A stretch of DNA of 64,000 nt from the human T2T-CHM13v2.0 reference genome, Homo sapiens, in assembly GCF_009914755.1 (NCBI RefSeq), contig NC_060947.1, one strand, 5' to 3'. Position numbers and translations under genes: made by a program. This document shows positions 26,397 to 39,750 of this stretch, in pieces. Under the pieces are notes generated by a model that was given only the letters and a program-made list of their open reading frames with translations, did not search any database and was not told where the DNA came from. How positions within the stretch are numbered: the stretch's first letter is position 1; the number at the start of each line of letters is the position of its first letter.

Positions 26397-28699
26397 AGAA
26401 TGCTCATTAAGTAGGCTTCTCTCTGTAGTTATAGACTGGGATAAATTAATTCTTAGCCCTATATAGGACAGATACATATTTTATGAAAAGAGTAACTGGC
26501 AGTTGAGCAACAATAAGAAATGTAGATAACACACAATCTTAATGACATCTGATGCTTCTGTGCAGTAGCACTTAAACGGTGTGCCCTTATACCAGCAGGG
26601 ACCCTACTTTGTGGAAAGCAGGTAGATGCACAAATCCTCACACCCTCCCCTAAAGCAACAGAACACAAATTGTGGGGGATGGACCCCAGAATGTGCCTTT
26701 CACAAGCCCTTGGTGTCATTCTTTTAAATGCAAAAGCATGAAGAGTATCCTGGTAGATTGCATGGATCACAGAAACAACTATAACCCAAAATAATGAATT
26801 CCAATAAATATATTTCAAAGCCACCAATTAATTGGATCCAGTGTCATCTGCTAGATAAAATATGTATGCAAGAATATCTCCAGGCTTGCAAATAAACATG
26901 ATGCATTATATTCTGTGCTGCCAAAGAAACTGGGGTGCTCCCTCTCCCCGCTGAATCTGACATTTGCATGAGGTCTGTGGAAGTGAACTGTGGAATATCC
27001 ACCTTTGCAAAGAGAAATATCTACCAGGTGAGGAATACTGGTTTTATCTTGATGATAGCATAAAAAGAATTGGCTCCAAATATATGTATCACCCTTTCAA
27101 TTGCTCTAGCTCATCCTTCCCTGTTGCTGTCTTTCCTGATGCATTCCTAGGTCCTGGATCCTATTGATTTACCCCATCCTGTCTGCCACAGTTCTTTAAA
27201 CTTCCAGTTCAGCTACCACTTATCATAAGGGACTCTCATGGCAGTAAATGTTCCATCACTTTCATCCATAATCAGGGGATATTATATCCTTTGTTTTAAT
27301 ACACCACAAAGAAGTAAAAAAGCTCCACAATGGATCTATATAGTGATGGGTTGGGAGGCAGAGTGGGGAAATGTAGTGGATTTGCTCTCTGGAGCTCATA
27401 CAAGTCTTTGGTTAAAAATTCATATTGCAATAAAAAATACTCAAAGAAGTTCTAATATACCCTTCATTGTCCAAATTGTCATTATGAATTACTTAATATT
27501 TTGGCGTCTATAGTCATAGCTATGATATACGCTGATAAATGAGCTGTGATATTCAAAACCAGAACATTAGGAAATTGTTCCTGGAACATTTGGGATTCTT
27601 TTTAGAAATAGATGAAAGCCATTTAGAAAGTTTTGACAAGTAATGAAATAAGTATATATGTTGCATTTCCTGGGTAATTTTGTTAATTGGTATATTAGCT
27701 AACTACATCTGATGTGGTCTGTGGGAATGAAGGAAGCTATCAAATAGTTAAGTATTTCACCATTTCTCAATCCTCTTCAGTCCAAAGTCCAGGGGCAGGT
27801 GGTGGCACAGATTCATTTGGATGGTTTAGAATCCTACCTTTAATGAGAAGCATACACAACGTGGGAAAAATAGTAATATATCCAAGAAAGAGAGTTATGC
27901 TTCTTTTGAGATGGTGAATAGAACATAATGCCCCTTCCTCCACAGAAATCTACTTTTGAAAAACTACAGAGGATAAGACGAGGCATCAATCTGCGGAAAG
28001 AGCAATAATAGAACATGAAATCAGTAAGCTATAAGCCATCCCGAGGAGATTACAAGCTGATGAATCATGTATATATGGTGAATGGGAGTGGCTGCACCTT
28101 CTGGCAGAGGGTGGAAGTGGTAATAGAAAGATGCTGGTTTAAAAACAAAGTATTAAGTTCACTCTTGTCTCTTATAAAGAATGCCTTGAGTTAATCATTG
28201 TCTAATCTCCCTCCCATCTTCTCTTCTCCATACAACTTAGAACTCGAGGGCAGCCATCAGGTAGTGGGACTCTGGCAAGCCCACGGAAAACTCAGCTGCG
28301 TTGAGGAGCTGGTTAAAAACTTTCAGGGCCACCAGTCACTTATGGCCACTATGGGCTTTTCCTGTTTCACCCCCTTCCCCTCCACACCCCCAGGAATGAA
28401 GCTAAAGAGGCTGTTTCTTCCTAATGCTGGCTCCTTTAGAGAGTTTAAAGCCAAATCTCAAATTTCAAACTTCTTCAGTGCGCCAGAGTGATCTAAAAGT
28501 GTTTGTTGAATGTTAATCTCATAGAAGAAACATAGACTTGGGTCTGCCCTTAGGTCCCATCACATGCGTAATTACAAACCAGAGTGATGGATGAGTTTCC
28601 ACTCACCTAAGGAGAACACAGGCTAAATGTTTAACAAAGAGCTATATACCTGAACATTTACAAAGGTACCAAACGCTCTCTCTCAACAGAAAAAAAAAT

Positions 28700-30260
28700 T
28701 CTTCTACGTTAAATATAATGATTGGAACAGATCAATGAAGAAATTACAATAGACAAAATAAATATATTCGATCACCTAAGGGAATATATTTCAAATAGGA
28801 GATTATAATAAGAAGTAAAAGAGAACTTGGTAAATATAGTAGGTATAGAATAAATAATAGTAAAGATGAACAAGAACCTAATAGTTAAGATAAATCATAG
28901 AATGAATTACCAAATTGGAAGATCAGATGGAAGAAATTCCCAGAAAGCATCAGGAAAGAATAAAGGAGAGAAAGGCATCCTTGGAAAAATGGATGACTTT
29001 GTTAGAGATACCAGGATCAGGTAACAGAAAGAGAAAAAAAAATACAGAGGAAGAACTAAGTTGATGAAAGAATGAAAATACACTTGAAACAAACAAAAAG
29101 AACAAAAACCTTATTTTGAATGGGCTCAAAGAGTGCCCTGAATAGATATATTACTAAGAAATTTAAGAACATCAAAGACAAACAGAAAATTCTAATAGCC
29201 TTCAGAGAGAAAAATGGGTGAGCTATGAATGAATAGGAATCAGATTGACATCAAACTTCCCAGTCATAGCACAAGACATTAGCAGACACAGGAGTCATAT
29301 TTGAAAGTTTGAAGAAAAATAACTCTGAATTTAAAAAAATTTAATACTATAGGCCAAGTTAAAAAAAAAGATCAAAAAGAGATTCAATCATTTTGCTAAG
29401 CAAAGATTTAAAGACTGAAAATTATCTTTGAGAAAATACTTATCAAAGAATATAACTAATTTGGTAAGAATTCTGAAAAATATATGAAATGCAAGCACAA
29501 CCAATAACTATAATTTCTATTTGGCTAAAATGGGTAGAAAAAGGAAGACAAAAATCATATATGGATAATAGCCCAGAACTTAAATTCTTGGAAATATCTA
29601 CTTAAATAGCACTAGGGGTGGGACTAAAAAAGATGCATGTTTGAAAAAAGTTTATCTTGTTAGAAATTCCCAGATCTGTCAATGAATTCCTTGATGTATT
29701 CTATATATTTTTGATTTTCATATAGAAATTGAACAAAATTGGTATAAACCAATATTATGTTGTTAAATTTATAAAAACAACTGGGAAAAATAAACAGCAT
29801 TCCCTGTGATCAGTTATGGTTAACCATAGTAAGGATAAAAAATAGATAACAGAGTTTTAAATAACTATGTATTTAAATATCTATTAAATGACAGGTAGAA
29901 ACTTATGTTTTCAAAAACAAAATGTACAGTTACGCTTATCCTGAAGTAACTAAATTGAACATATAAAACAAGATGGCAGAAATAAGCATCGGTAAAATTA
30001 ACGTTCAACAAACATAAATGGTTTAAACTCATGAATTTAAAAAAATTTCCAGACAATCTCATGTTTGTAACAAAACCTAAGATGAAGAATGCATCCAACT
30101 CAAGAGACAAATTTAAACCCAAAAGATATAGAAAGACTAAAATTATCAAGAATATAAAAAATGCAAGCATAAATAAGACCTAAAATGCTGATATGGAAAT
30201 CCTAATAGCTCAAAAACTAGAACATAGGAACATAATATTATAAGAAGAAGAAAGATGTCT
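28700..30260 (+). mobile_element. Ancient, highly decayed L1 (ORF1/ORF2-region remnant)
   Basis: Strong A bias on +; L1-ORF1-like motifs gaatcagattgacatcaaacttc and aaattctaatagccttcagagag. Confidence 0.55.
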
Positions 30261-30269
30261 ATGCCTCTT

Positions 30270-30510
30270 GACCAAAATTCCCCCATGAACCCAACTTCCA
30301 GTCCCTGACAACCATGAGTCTACTCTCTGTTTCTCTGAGTTTGACTTCTTTAGATTCCACATATAATTGAGATCATGCAGTGTTTACCTTTCTGTGCCTG
30401 GCTTATTTCACTTAACATAATGTCCTCCAGGTACATCCATCTTGTCACAAATTACATGAATTCCTTCTTATTTCCTTCTTTTTTAAGGCTGAAGAATAGT
30501 TCATTGTGTG
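30270..30510 (-). mobile_element. L1MA/MB 3' fragment
   Basis: ttagattccacatataattgagatcatgcagt...ttctgtgcctggcttatttcacttaacataatgtcctccagg. Confidence 0.8.
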
Positions 30511-30799
30511 TGCTTATATATTCACAATATACATCTCAAGTATAACACAGATATGATGAAAATATTAGGTCAAACTTTACATAAAACAGAGAAAACCCCT
30601 TGTTTAAAGCATAAGAATAAATACATATGAAAACCTGTAACAATCTGACGATGTTGTAAGATAGAAAGAAAGCTTCCATAAGACTCGAATGATCAATATG
30701 ACAGGAATTCACCCTATGAATCTAATGTGGTAAAATCAGAAGTTAGTGCAAATAATTAGATTTTAAAAATCTATATGTTGTGATATATTCATCCCTACA

Positions 30800-30987
30800 G
30801 CACCCAGAAAGGAATGCAGCCCTGCCAATCTCTTGATTTCAGCCATGGGAGACCCTAAGAAGAGGACCAAGCTAGGCTCCACTGCACCAGGATTTCTGAC
30901 CTACAGATCCCTGATGTAATAAATGGCTATTCGTTTATGCTGCTAAATTTCTCATAATTTGTTATGACAGTTTAGCAAAATGTATAT
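30800..30987 (+). mobile_element. MLT1 LTR 3' half
   Basis: ccagaaaggaatgcagccctgcca...ttgatttcagcc...ttctgacctacaga...aataaatgg...taatttgttat. Confidence 0.7.
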
Positions 30988-31199
30988 AGCAGACAGACAA
31001 ATGCAGAAAGGGAACATAATAGAGTGATAACAGACATGTGCAGACATACAAACATGTTTTTCTTCATATATACAAGAAGTCAATATGTAATGTAGTCCAC
31101 AAATCAAGGAGGAAATAAATGATGGTTTTAAGTACAACAAAGAAATAATCTGTCCAAGGTGGACTGAATGGCAAGTCTACCACCTATTAATGAATGAAT

Positions 31200-32370
31200 A
31201 ATTTGTGTTTTTATATGAACTCTCCCAGAAAGCATAAACAAATGTTCTCTTACTCTTTCTACACAGCTACTATTAGTCGATGCTAAAACCAGGGAAGCTC
31301 AACAAAGAAAAATTATAGTCTATCTTGTTTTGTACAGAGATAGAAAAAAATGATTAATATCTAACAACAAATACAAAAACAGTATTAAAGAAGATACTGA
31401 ATATCAAGCTAAGTTTAACATTTGAAAGTTAAGTTATTTAATTTGCTACATGAAAAAATTAAATGCAAAGCAAGGATAATCTTACAAGATAAAGAAAAAT
31501 GCCTTGAACCAATTTATGATTGTATGTTATCAAATTAAGGAAAGAAATAAACATTTCTTTATCTGAAAATGGTAGTTTATTTATATCTTACTTCAAACAT
31601 TATACATAATGATACAACATTGGAAGCCTTTTGTCTAAAGAGAGAACAAATCAAAGACAGCTAATTTCATTTCTATTCAATTTTGGATTCAGTGCAGTGA
31701 ATGCAGAGAGGACAGGGAACTCTGATACTGTTCTTGGGTGAATAAAACTGTCCAACCACTTAAACAGTTTTTAACCTGAGAGTGTATATCCAAATATGCA
31801 CATAAAATATGGTCCAGTAAATACATTTCTAGTTGGAGAAACTTCTGCATTTTTTTTCAACAAGAGACACGCACAGAATCCTAATAGCTGAACTCTTTAC
31901 ATAAGGCCAATTCAAATTTCCAGCTTCTGAAAGAGTTAAATATCTTGTGGTATAACCATCGGGTGAGGTTCCATATATCAGTGAACACAAATAAACTACA
32001 GCTCCAAGCATCTTCATGGTTAAAATCAAAAACATACTATTCAATGAAAAGGGAAATGCCAGGTCAAGAAGAACATAGGATGATCCTATTTATAAAAGAT
32101 CAAAAGCAGAGCGAACAATATATTCTTTGGGTTATGCTGGTCATGACAATTTTGCAGAAATAAAACTTAATAAAAGAAGGAAATAATGAATCAGATTCAC
32201 AAAAGTGGTTATCCTTAGGACAGGTCCAAAGAAATACAATTTATAAAAGGAACTGAGGGGAATCCCAAAATCTTCGTGTTCTAATCTTAATTTGTGCACA
32301 GAAGGATGTTCATTTAATTCTTCACATCCATGTTATGAAACATTATCTGATAAGAAAAAACAAAAATAAA
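31200..32370 (+). mobile_element. Ancient L1 ORF2/3' UTR remnants
   Basis: A-rich sequence with fragments such as gatgctaaaacc, aaagtggttatcctt and atgatcctatttataaa. Confidence 0.4.
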
Positions 32371-33319
32371 TGATTAAAATTGTCTATGGAAGTTGGAAGC
32401 AGAACTGCACAAAACAGCTTGAGGTATAAAAAAATGATACATCCTTGCAGTAATTTTAGGTAAAATCCAGCAGTTTAACAACGGGAGTGATTACTAACCT
32501 TAAAATTTCTAATCCTACGAAACCCAGGAATTTAAGTTTGTGGTCAAATACCAGATAAACATTAAAATAATTGTTTATCTGGAATGAAGAAAATTATACG
32601 TGTTCTAATTTTTCCCAGTCTTGTGCTAAGAGATCTTTCATTAACTGGAACAAATTAATCTAAATAATTAAGTCTCAATATTTATAAAGGCATTTTATTA
32701 AAATGGTTTTTAAAACTAATGTTCTACCATTCTCAGTTGCTGTGCCTGGAGAAATTATTACTGATTATAAATTTTACTGGTGGTTTCCAGACAGGAATGA
32801 ACACGTGGGAGTTGTTTTGCAAGAAAGTTCCCAGCTACGTCCCCTGAGAGTTCTGATGTATTGGCTATGTTACTGGAATTGGTACATAGTAATTACTCAA
32901 ATTGCACGCACAGCTAAGAGACGTGATAAAGCTTCTAAAGGAGTTCCCTCGTGTATACAAAACTATTTTAACAGCAGCACACATTATTTTAACACAGAGA
33001 AGCAAAACTCTTTTTCAAAAGAGAACTGCCTTTCAGAGAATTATTTGTTAAATCACGAGTGGCAGAGGGTGAAATCCAAAAACAAGAAGTGATGGTGAAT
33101 CTGCTCTAGCCGATCAGTGGAGCTGAGAGTTGTAGCATCCAGAAGAATATTTCATGTTAGGATAGCCAAAAGGTAGTCAGCAAAAGGGCGAGATGTTTAA
33201 TTTAAAAGGTTTATTTTTCCCTCTTATCCCATAGGATAAAATGCCCCCAAGTTTCTCCCCAAATCCTCAGTTAAATCTAATAAACACCTCTCTCTCTCTC
33301 TTACACATAGTTGAATGAA

Positions 33320-33578
33320 TTTTTTTTTTAAGCAGGGTCTCACTCTGTTGCCCAGGCTGGAGTGTAGTGGCATGATCACAGCTCACTGCAGCCTCAAACT
33401 CCTGGGATCAGGTATCCTCCAGCCTCAGCCTCCCAAGCAGCCAGGACTACAGGCAGGTGGTACCACACCCAGCTAATTTTTTTCTATTTTTTGTAGAGAC
33501 AGGATTTAACCATTTGGCCAGGCTGGTCTTGAACACCTGGGCTCAAGCGATCCTCCCACTTCGACCTCCCAAAGTGCC
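33320..33578 (-). mobile_element. Alu (AluJ-like)
   Basis: agggtctcactctgttgcccaggctggagtg...gctcaagcgatcctcccac; flanks ttgaatgaattt/ttgagtggattt. Confidence 0.9.
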
Positions 33579-34243
33579 TAACCTTGAGTGGATTTCTGAA
33601 TTGAGAAGTGACCCAGTCTTTCATGTTGATATCTGAGGTGGAAAACACATCATCTATAAAGGACAATAGGTAAGACGGGCTCCAAAAATAACCATATTAA
33701 CCTGAGTCATCACCCATCCTCTGAAAGTAATCGGCGGACATGTTTGGACAGGGTTTGGACTTCCAGAGCGACTAAAGTTCACATTTGAGTCTAGATTATT
33801 TCTTTATTTACCTTATTTCTTTATTACATTCATTATGAGGATGCCAATTCCATAGTCAGGGATTCCAGAAGCAGGGATCTGGGATGCTTTTGCTTACGGC
33901 TGCCTCCAGGAACCCAAAATGGTCCCTGGTGCACTGCTGGTACAAGTAACTATTGGTTGGATGAACACATTTTCAGGGATAGGGAAACCCACATTATCTC
34001 AACATAATACAATTTTGTGGCTGGAAATATCACAATTCCAACCACATGTATTTCACCCTGAAGTCTGTACAAACAGAGATTATGGATGAAAGTTTCAACA
34101 TCTTGTTCTCTAATGGTTGCATCCTTTTTTCCCAAAAATACGTTGGAGATTTTGTCCAAGTCTGTGGTGTCCATAGTGGCTGCAGGGCTGCAAACACCAC
34201 ATCTACCCTACGGAACTAAGAGACTCAAATCCCCAACTTTAGA

Positions 34244-34946
34244 ATAGGGATAGGTTTTGTATTCAGATTTGTAATTGGGTAGGGTCAGGGTTTGGGTTCA
34301 AGTTCAGGTTTGGGTAACGATTCAGAACAAAAAAGATTTTGAGTGTGTGTATACATTTTAGTCCAGGCTGGGATCTCACAGTCAGGAGTCAAGGAGAAAA
34401 ATAAAGATCAAAGGTCAAGGGTTAGGATAGCTTTCAGGTATGGAGGAAGGTTCATGTTAGGATTTGGGTTCAAGTTCAGGTTGTGGTATGGTTAGATCAC
34501 TAATTGAATGTCAGGGTAGGAGCAAAGTTCAATGTTATGATCAAGGGATTATATTCATTATTAGGGACAGTGATCAAAAGTCAAGATTAGGATCAAAGGC
34601 CATGGGTCGGAGAATTTGGGGGATGCCTTCAGTGTTCAGATCAGGGGTCAAGAGTCAAGGGCTACTGGCAAAAGTTAAGGGTAAGTTCAAAGGTTTACAT
34701 TAAAGTTAGATTAGGTGTTCGGTTGGCTTTGCTTTTGAGTTTAGAATTGAGTTCTTTTTCAAAGTTGGGTAGGATTAGGTTTCATATCCAGTCACTAGTT
34801 AGGGTTTGGGTTCAAATTTGGGTTCAATTTCTCATTCTCTGTTCAGGGTTATGGGTTAACTCAACGGTCAAGAAGCAATGGTCAAAGGCCATGGGTTAGT
34901 TTAAAGCGTTCAATTCTGTTTAGGGTCAGTATTAGGTTTAGAGTTA
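34244..34946 (+). repeat. Degenerate telomere-like hexamer tract (GGGTTA/GGGTCA/GGTTCA variants)
   Basis: G+T strand bias with recurrent GGGTTN, AGGTCA and AGTTCA units; exact TTAGGG at 34561, 34799 and 34920. Confidence 0.65.
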
Positions 34947-35194
34947 GAACACTACATGGGACCCTTATCACTTTCACCTTTATGATAGAAAATCATAATC
35001 AGAAAAACACAAGGAGAAGGGAAAACTTAATAATCTATGCATATTTTTAGGAGACATAACAGTTGAAATATATCAGTAATTAATAATTATTATAATAAGC
35101 TTCAATGTGGCACAGGGATATTTTTAGCACAAAAGATATTAACCCTAGACAATCCCAATCTGAGCTACAGAGATTATGTGTGTTTGTATTTGTG

Positions 35195-35234
<40 letters not shown>

Positions 35235-35963
35235 ATACCACTGATGTCGAAGCTTGGTTTTGCATTATCCAGCTCACTCATGTGGAGACACTATTGGATG
35301 AGGATGGATGCATGTCACAGATTTAGCCACCTCTACGAATGGGAAACATATAGATTGAAGATAGTTCCCAGCAGACATTCCATCTGCATGGAGAAGGGAA
35401 CAGAAAGAGGAGTACCTCAGCCATAGAGCTCTGGGGGTTTGCAGGATGGGAACAGTCTGATAGGAAATTTGTAAAACACTGCATGTGGAGGGAGGGAGAA
35501 TGCAAACATATTTAATATAATAAATGTCTAAATGCTTAAATTTTGGAAGTGGAAAAATAGAGAGATGGTGAAAAATCAAATCACTCAGATGGGGCAAACA
35601 CACACACACAGAAGCAGATGCACACACACACATACACATCTCTTTGGCTCCAAGTGGTCTGGTTTAGGGTTAATGCTAATGTGCACTCTTAGCTACAAAG
35701 AGGACATGACATTTGAATTCCATCAAATAAATTGGCTGAATTACTATATTATAAAGTGTCCATTCCATGATTCCTTTTCTGCTCAAAAAAAATGTTTTAC
35801 TAACCCTTCCCATTCTAAACTGATTTTATGGTTCATATCTTTCCATATTTTTGTCTTATAAAAATATGTGTAAGATATTAAGCTTTCCCTTTTCCAAGCA
35901 TCTTTCAAATTATGATTTTCAGTCATAACAAAGAAAAGAGATAAGGGTCCCATGTAGTATTCT
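34946..35963. repeat. Diverged inverted duplication (arms ~34946-35230 and ~35595-35963)
   Basis: A perfect 19-bp inverted match actacatgggacccttatc (34951-34969) / gataagggtcccatgtagt (35940-35958) lies within longer gapped inverted homology. Confidence 0.85.
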
Positions 35964-37070
35964 CAGTTCCCAGTTATGTTCCAGAATTAAAATAACACAA
36001 GAAAAAAATAAAAATGTCAGGAAGAAACACCTAAAATAATGTGGTTTACTTAGCAACACTAAGTCTTCAGGATGTGGTGTATCCGCAAATTGCCCTATTT
36101 TTAACTACCTGGAGGTTCTTTCTGCGTAGATGTTAATTTTTTAAACTATTTTCTGGACCTAAATGTCTTGCCAAGGTAAAACAGCATTTAAATACTGATG
36201 AGAGCCCAGACTCACCTGAGAATGGGCAAGAACGTGTGGAAAAATACAAAATGTCATCTCATCACTTTTAGTGCCTCAGCTCAGCCATCTGCAAGGCTAC
36301 TGAGATCACACTGTTGCATATTAAATATGCTGGGATACATTATTTCTCATGCATTTCTTATCCAGTACTAGAAACCACATTTCATCACGGAAAAAAAAAA
36401 AGAAAACAAAAACTAATTTCTGATACTGGCTTATTGAAATAAAGCCATTATTTTCCAGGACTAAATCAGTGCCTATAACTTTATTTTAAATGTATACTAT
36501 CCCTTAAACCACTGGCAGATTTAAAAGACACTTCATATCTTATAACTACATTTTTCTTAAAATTTGTGTTTTAGTCTATTCATTAAACTGCAATTTAAGA
36601 GAGAATTTTGGAAAGCTAAATAGATGAGGCAAACTGCCTTAGAGTGTGTCTTCAATAGAGACTGTGTTATAAGAAACGAATTTTGCTGCCTTGAGTAAAA
36701 TCACCTAATAGCTACTGTGCTGCTGATGAACCCCAGCCTTGTGAAGATCTGATGCTGCAAAAATACCCCATTAATGCTCAATACACTAAAAGGAATATGT
36801 GATACAGTGAACACTGTTTGGTTCTATTCTCTAGAAAAAAAAAAAAACTTTTTTTTTTTTAGCTAAGCAAAATGAGATCCACATTCATAAATTACTTTAA
36901 AATGCCTTTCTTCTATCACTTATTATAACCTATCATGGTAGCAGAGAAGCTGTTAAAACATGAAGAGCTAAAATAATAAATCACCAAAGCCAGGTTATGG
37001 CTTGAAAAGTCTGCCTGACATAGCGTAAGTCAATGAAAATCTCACAGTCAGTAAAAGAATAAAATGTTAG

Positions 37071-37512
<442 letters not shown>

Positions 37513-38201
37513 TTAAAAGTCCTAGAGTGGCCTAAGCAAGAATTTAAACCTGCAAATTAATTCAAGGAAAAACAAACACCAGAAAATTTCCATGGATCAG
37601 ATTGCTTCTGACAACTGAACTCTTCCTACGGAGCTATCTCAGGTTGTAAAATCTCTTTGAATAAAGTAAGTTGGGATACAAATAGGATAAAATGAGGTGC
37701 TGACTCTGAATTTCAGGAAAGGAGCACTGTAAATATTAACAGTTCAGACATCTGGGGCAGAGAACTAGAAAAAGTCATTGCACCTTTGTAGCTAAGAACA
37801 CAGATTCCAAAGGAGGTAATAAATCTCCCAAGAACTTCCCTTGTTCTTTGATGTGATCGCAAACTGATTAAACATTCAAATGTTGCCAAATGGCTGATTT
37901 ATGAAAATGAATGCACCTTTGACTGACTGCTGAAAACTGATGAAGGAAAAAAGTTAACCTGTGATTACCCAAAGGAATGGAGAAAGCCAGACTGGAATTC
38001 AAGAGCACCCGCTCACTGTCTCTGTAAGGTAAAATGAAAACTGTATCTTAATTAGAAATATTAAAATAACAACTGCCATACAAGTAGAGTGGGTTGATTT
38101 CAAGGAGCAGGATGTTAAGAAAAAGGAAGCTCTTAATGCACAAGGTGAAGGGGTAAAATGGTTTCTACATGTTGAGTCTTTTAAATTAAAAAGGACAAAT
38201 A

Positions 38202-38552
<351 letters not shown>

Positions 38553-38637
38553 TCAGGGAGGAGTGGTTCACTAATTCTCCATAACTATGTGCACTACCAT
38601 CTGAGGATTATTACCCAGACTTCGAAAGGGCATGACA

Positions 38638-38886
38638 TGCTGGGCATGGTGATTCATGCCTGGAATCCCAGCACTTTGGGAGGCTGAGGCAGGTGGATCA
38701 CCTGAGGTTAGACCAGCCTGGCCAACATGGCGAAACCTCGTCTCTACTAAAAATAGAAAAATTAGGTGGTGTGGTGGCATGGTCCTGTAGTCTCAGCTAC
38801 TCGGGAAGCTGAGGCAGAGGTTGCATTGGGCCGAGATCATGCCACTGCACTCCTGCCTGGGAGACAGAGAAAGACTCTGTCTCAAA
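38638..38886 (+). mobile_element. Alu (AluS-like) with internal deletions, followed by a GA-rich tail to ~38955
   Basis: ccagcactttgggaggctgaggcaggtggatcacctgagg...gagatcatgccactgcactcc. Confidence 0.88.
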
Positions 38887-39105
38887 ATGAAAGAGAAGGA
38901 AAGGAAAGGGGAGAAGAGGGGAGGGGAGAGAAGGGGAGGGAAGGGGAAAGGAAAAGCATGAGAATAATGGCGTTATCTTCCTTGATTGGGCTTTTCCTGG
39001 AGGAGCCCACTGGTTGAGTAAAGATAGGAAGCCAGTGTTCTGGGTACTCAAAGTCAGTTGTAAGGGGCCTGTCCACCAACCTTAAGATTAGTTTATAGAC
39101 AGGAA

Positions 39106-39750
39106 TGTGGTAAGCAGAATTATAAAGTCATCCACCCAAGATTCTCGTTCCCCTGGTTATTAAATCAAACATGAATCTAGGTACTGTTGTGAATTGTCTT
39201 TGCAGATATAATTAAGGTTACTAGGCAGCTGATGTCAAGATAAGCTGATTATCCTAGAATATCCAAGTGGGTCCATGATACCGAGAAGCAGGAAAATGGT
39301 AATGGAACAATCAGTCCAGACAAGCCATGCAACTTGGGAAAGGAGACAAGAGGTAGAAAAGGAAGTCGGAGAGATTCAGTGCATTAGAAGCTGCCACTGC
39401 TGGCTTTGAAGGGGGAGGAAGGAGGCCAGGAGTCAAGGAATGCTACGGTTCTCAAGAAGCCAAAATTTGCCCTCAGCCAATAGCCTGCAAGGAAGCAGGA
39501 ACCTCAACCCCATGGAACTGGATGTAGCCATCAACCCAAATGTTCCTGGAAGTGGATGCATCCCTGGAGTCTGGAGGAAGAAACACAGCCTTTCTGCCAA
39601 CACACAGAAATCACCCTTGGGTGATGATGAAGAGAAACCATCCGAGCTACTCACACTTCAGAGCTTCAGAATGGTGAGATAACAAATGCGTGTGTTTTAA
39701 GCCACTACAGGTTGGATAATTTGTTACAGGAACAATAAGAAACGCATACA
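39106..39750 (+). mobile_element. MLT1E-like MaLR solo LTR
   Basis: TGTGGTAAGCAGAATT start and gtgttttaagccacta...taatttgttacag...atACA end; flanks aggaa/aggac. Confidence 0.8.

Noticed and set aside
33950-34174. ORF starting MDTTDL, reminiscent of NLGN4 MLDTTDM
   Set aside because: Similarity is limited to four residues and the rest is unrelated; judged a coincidence.
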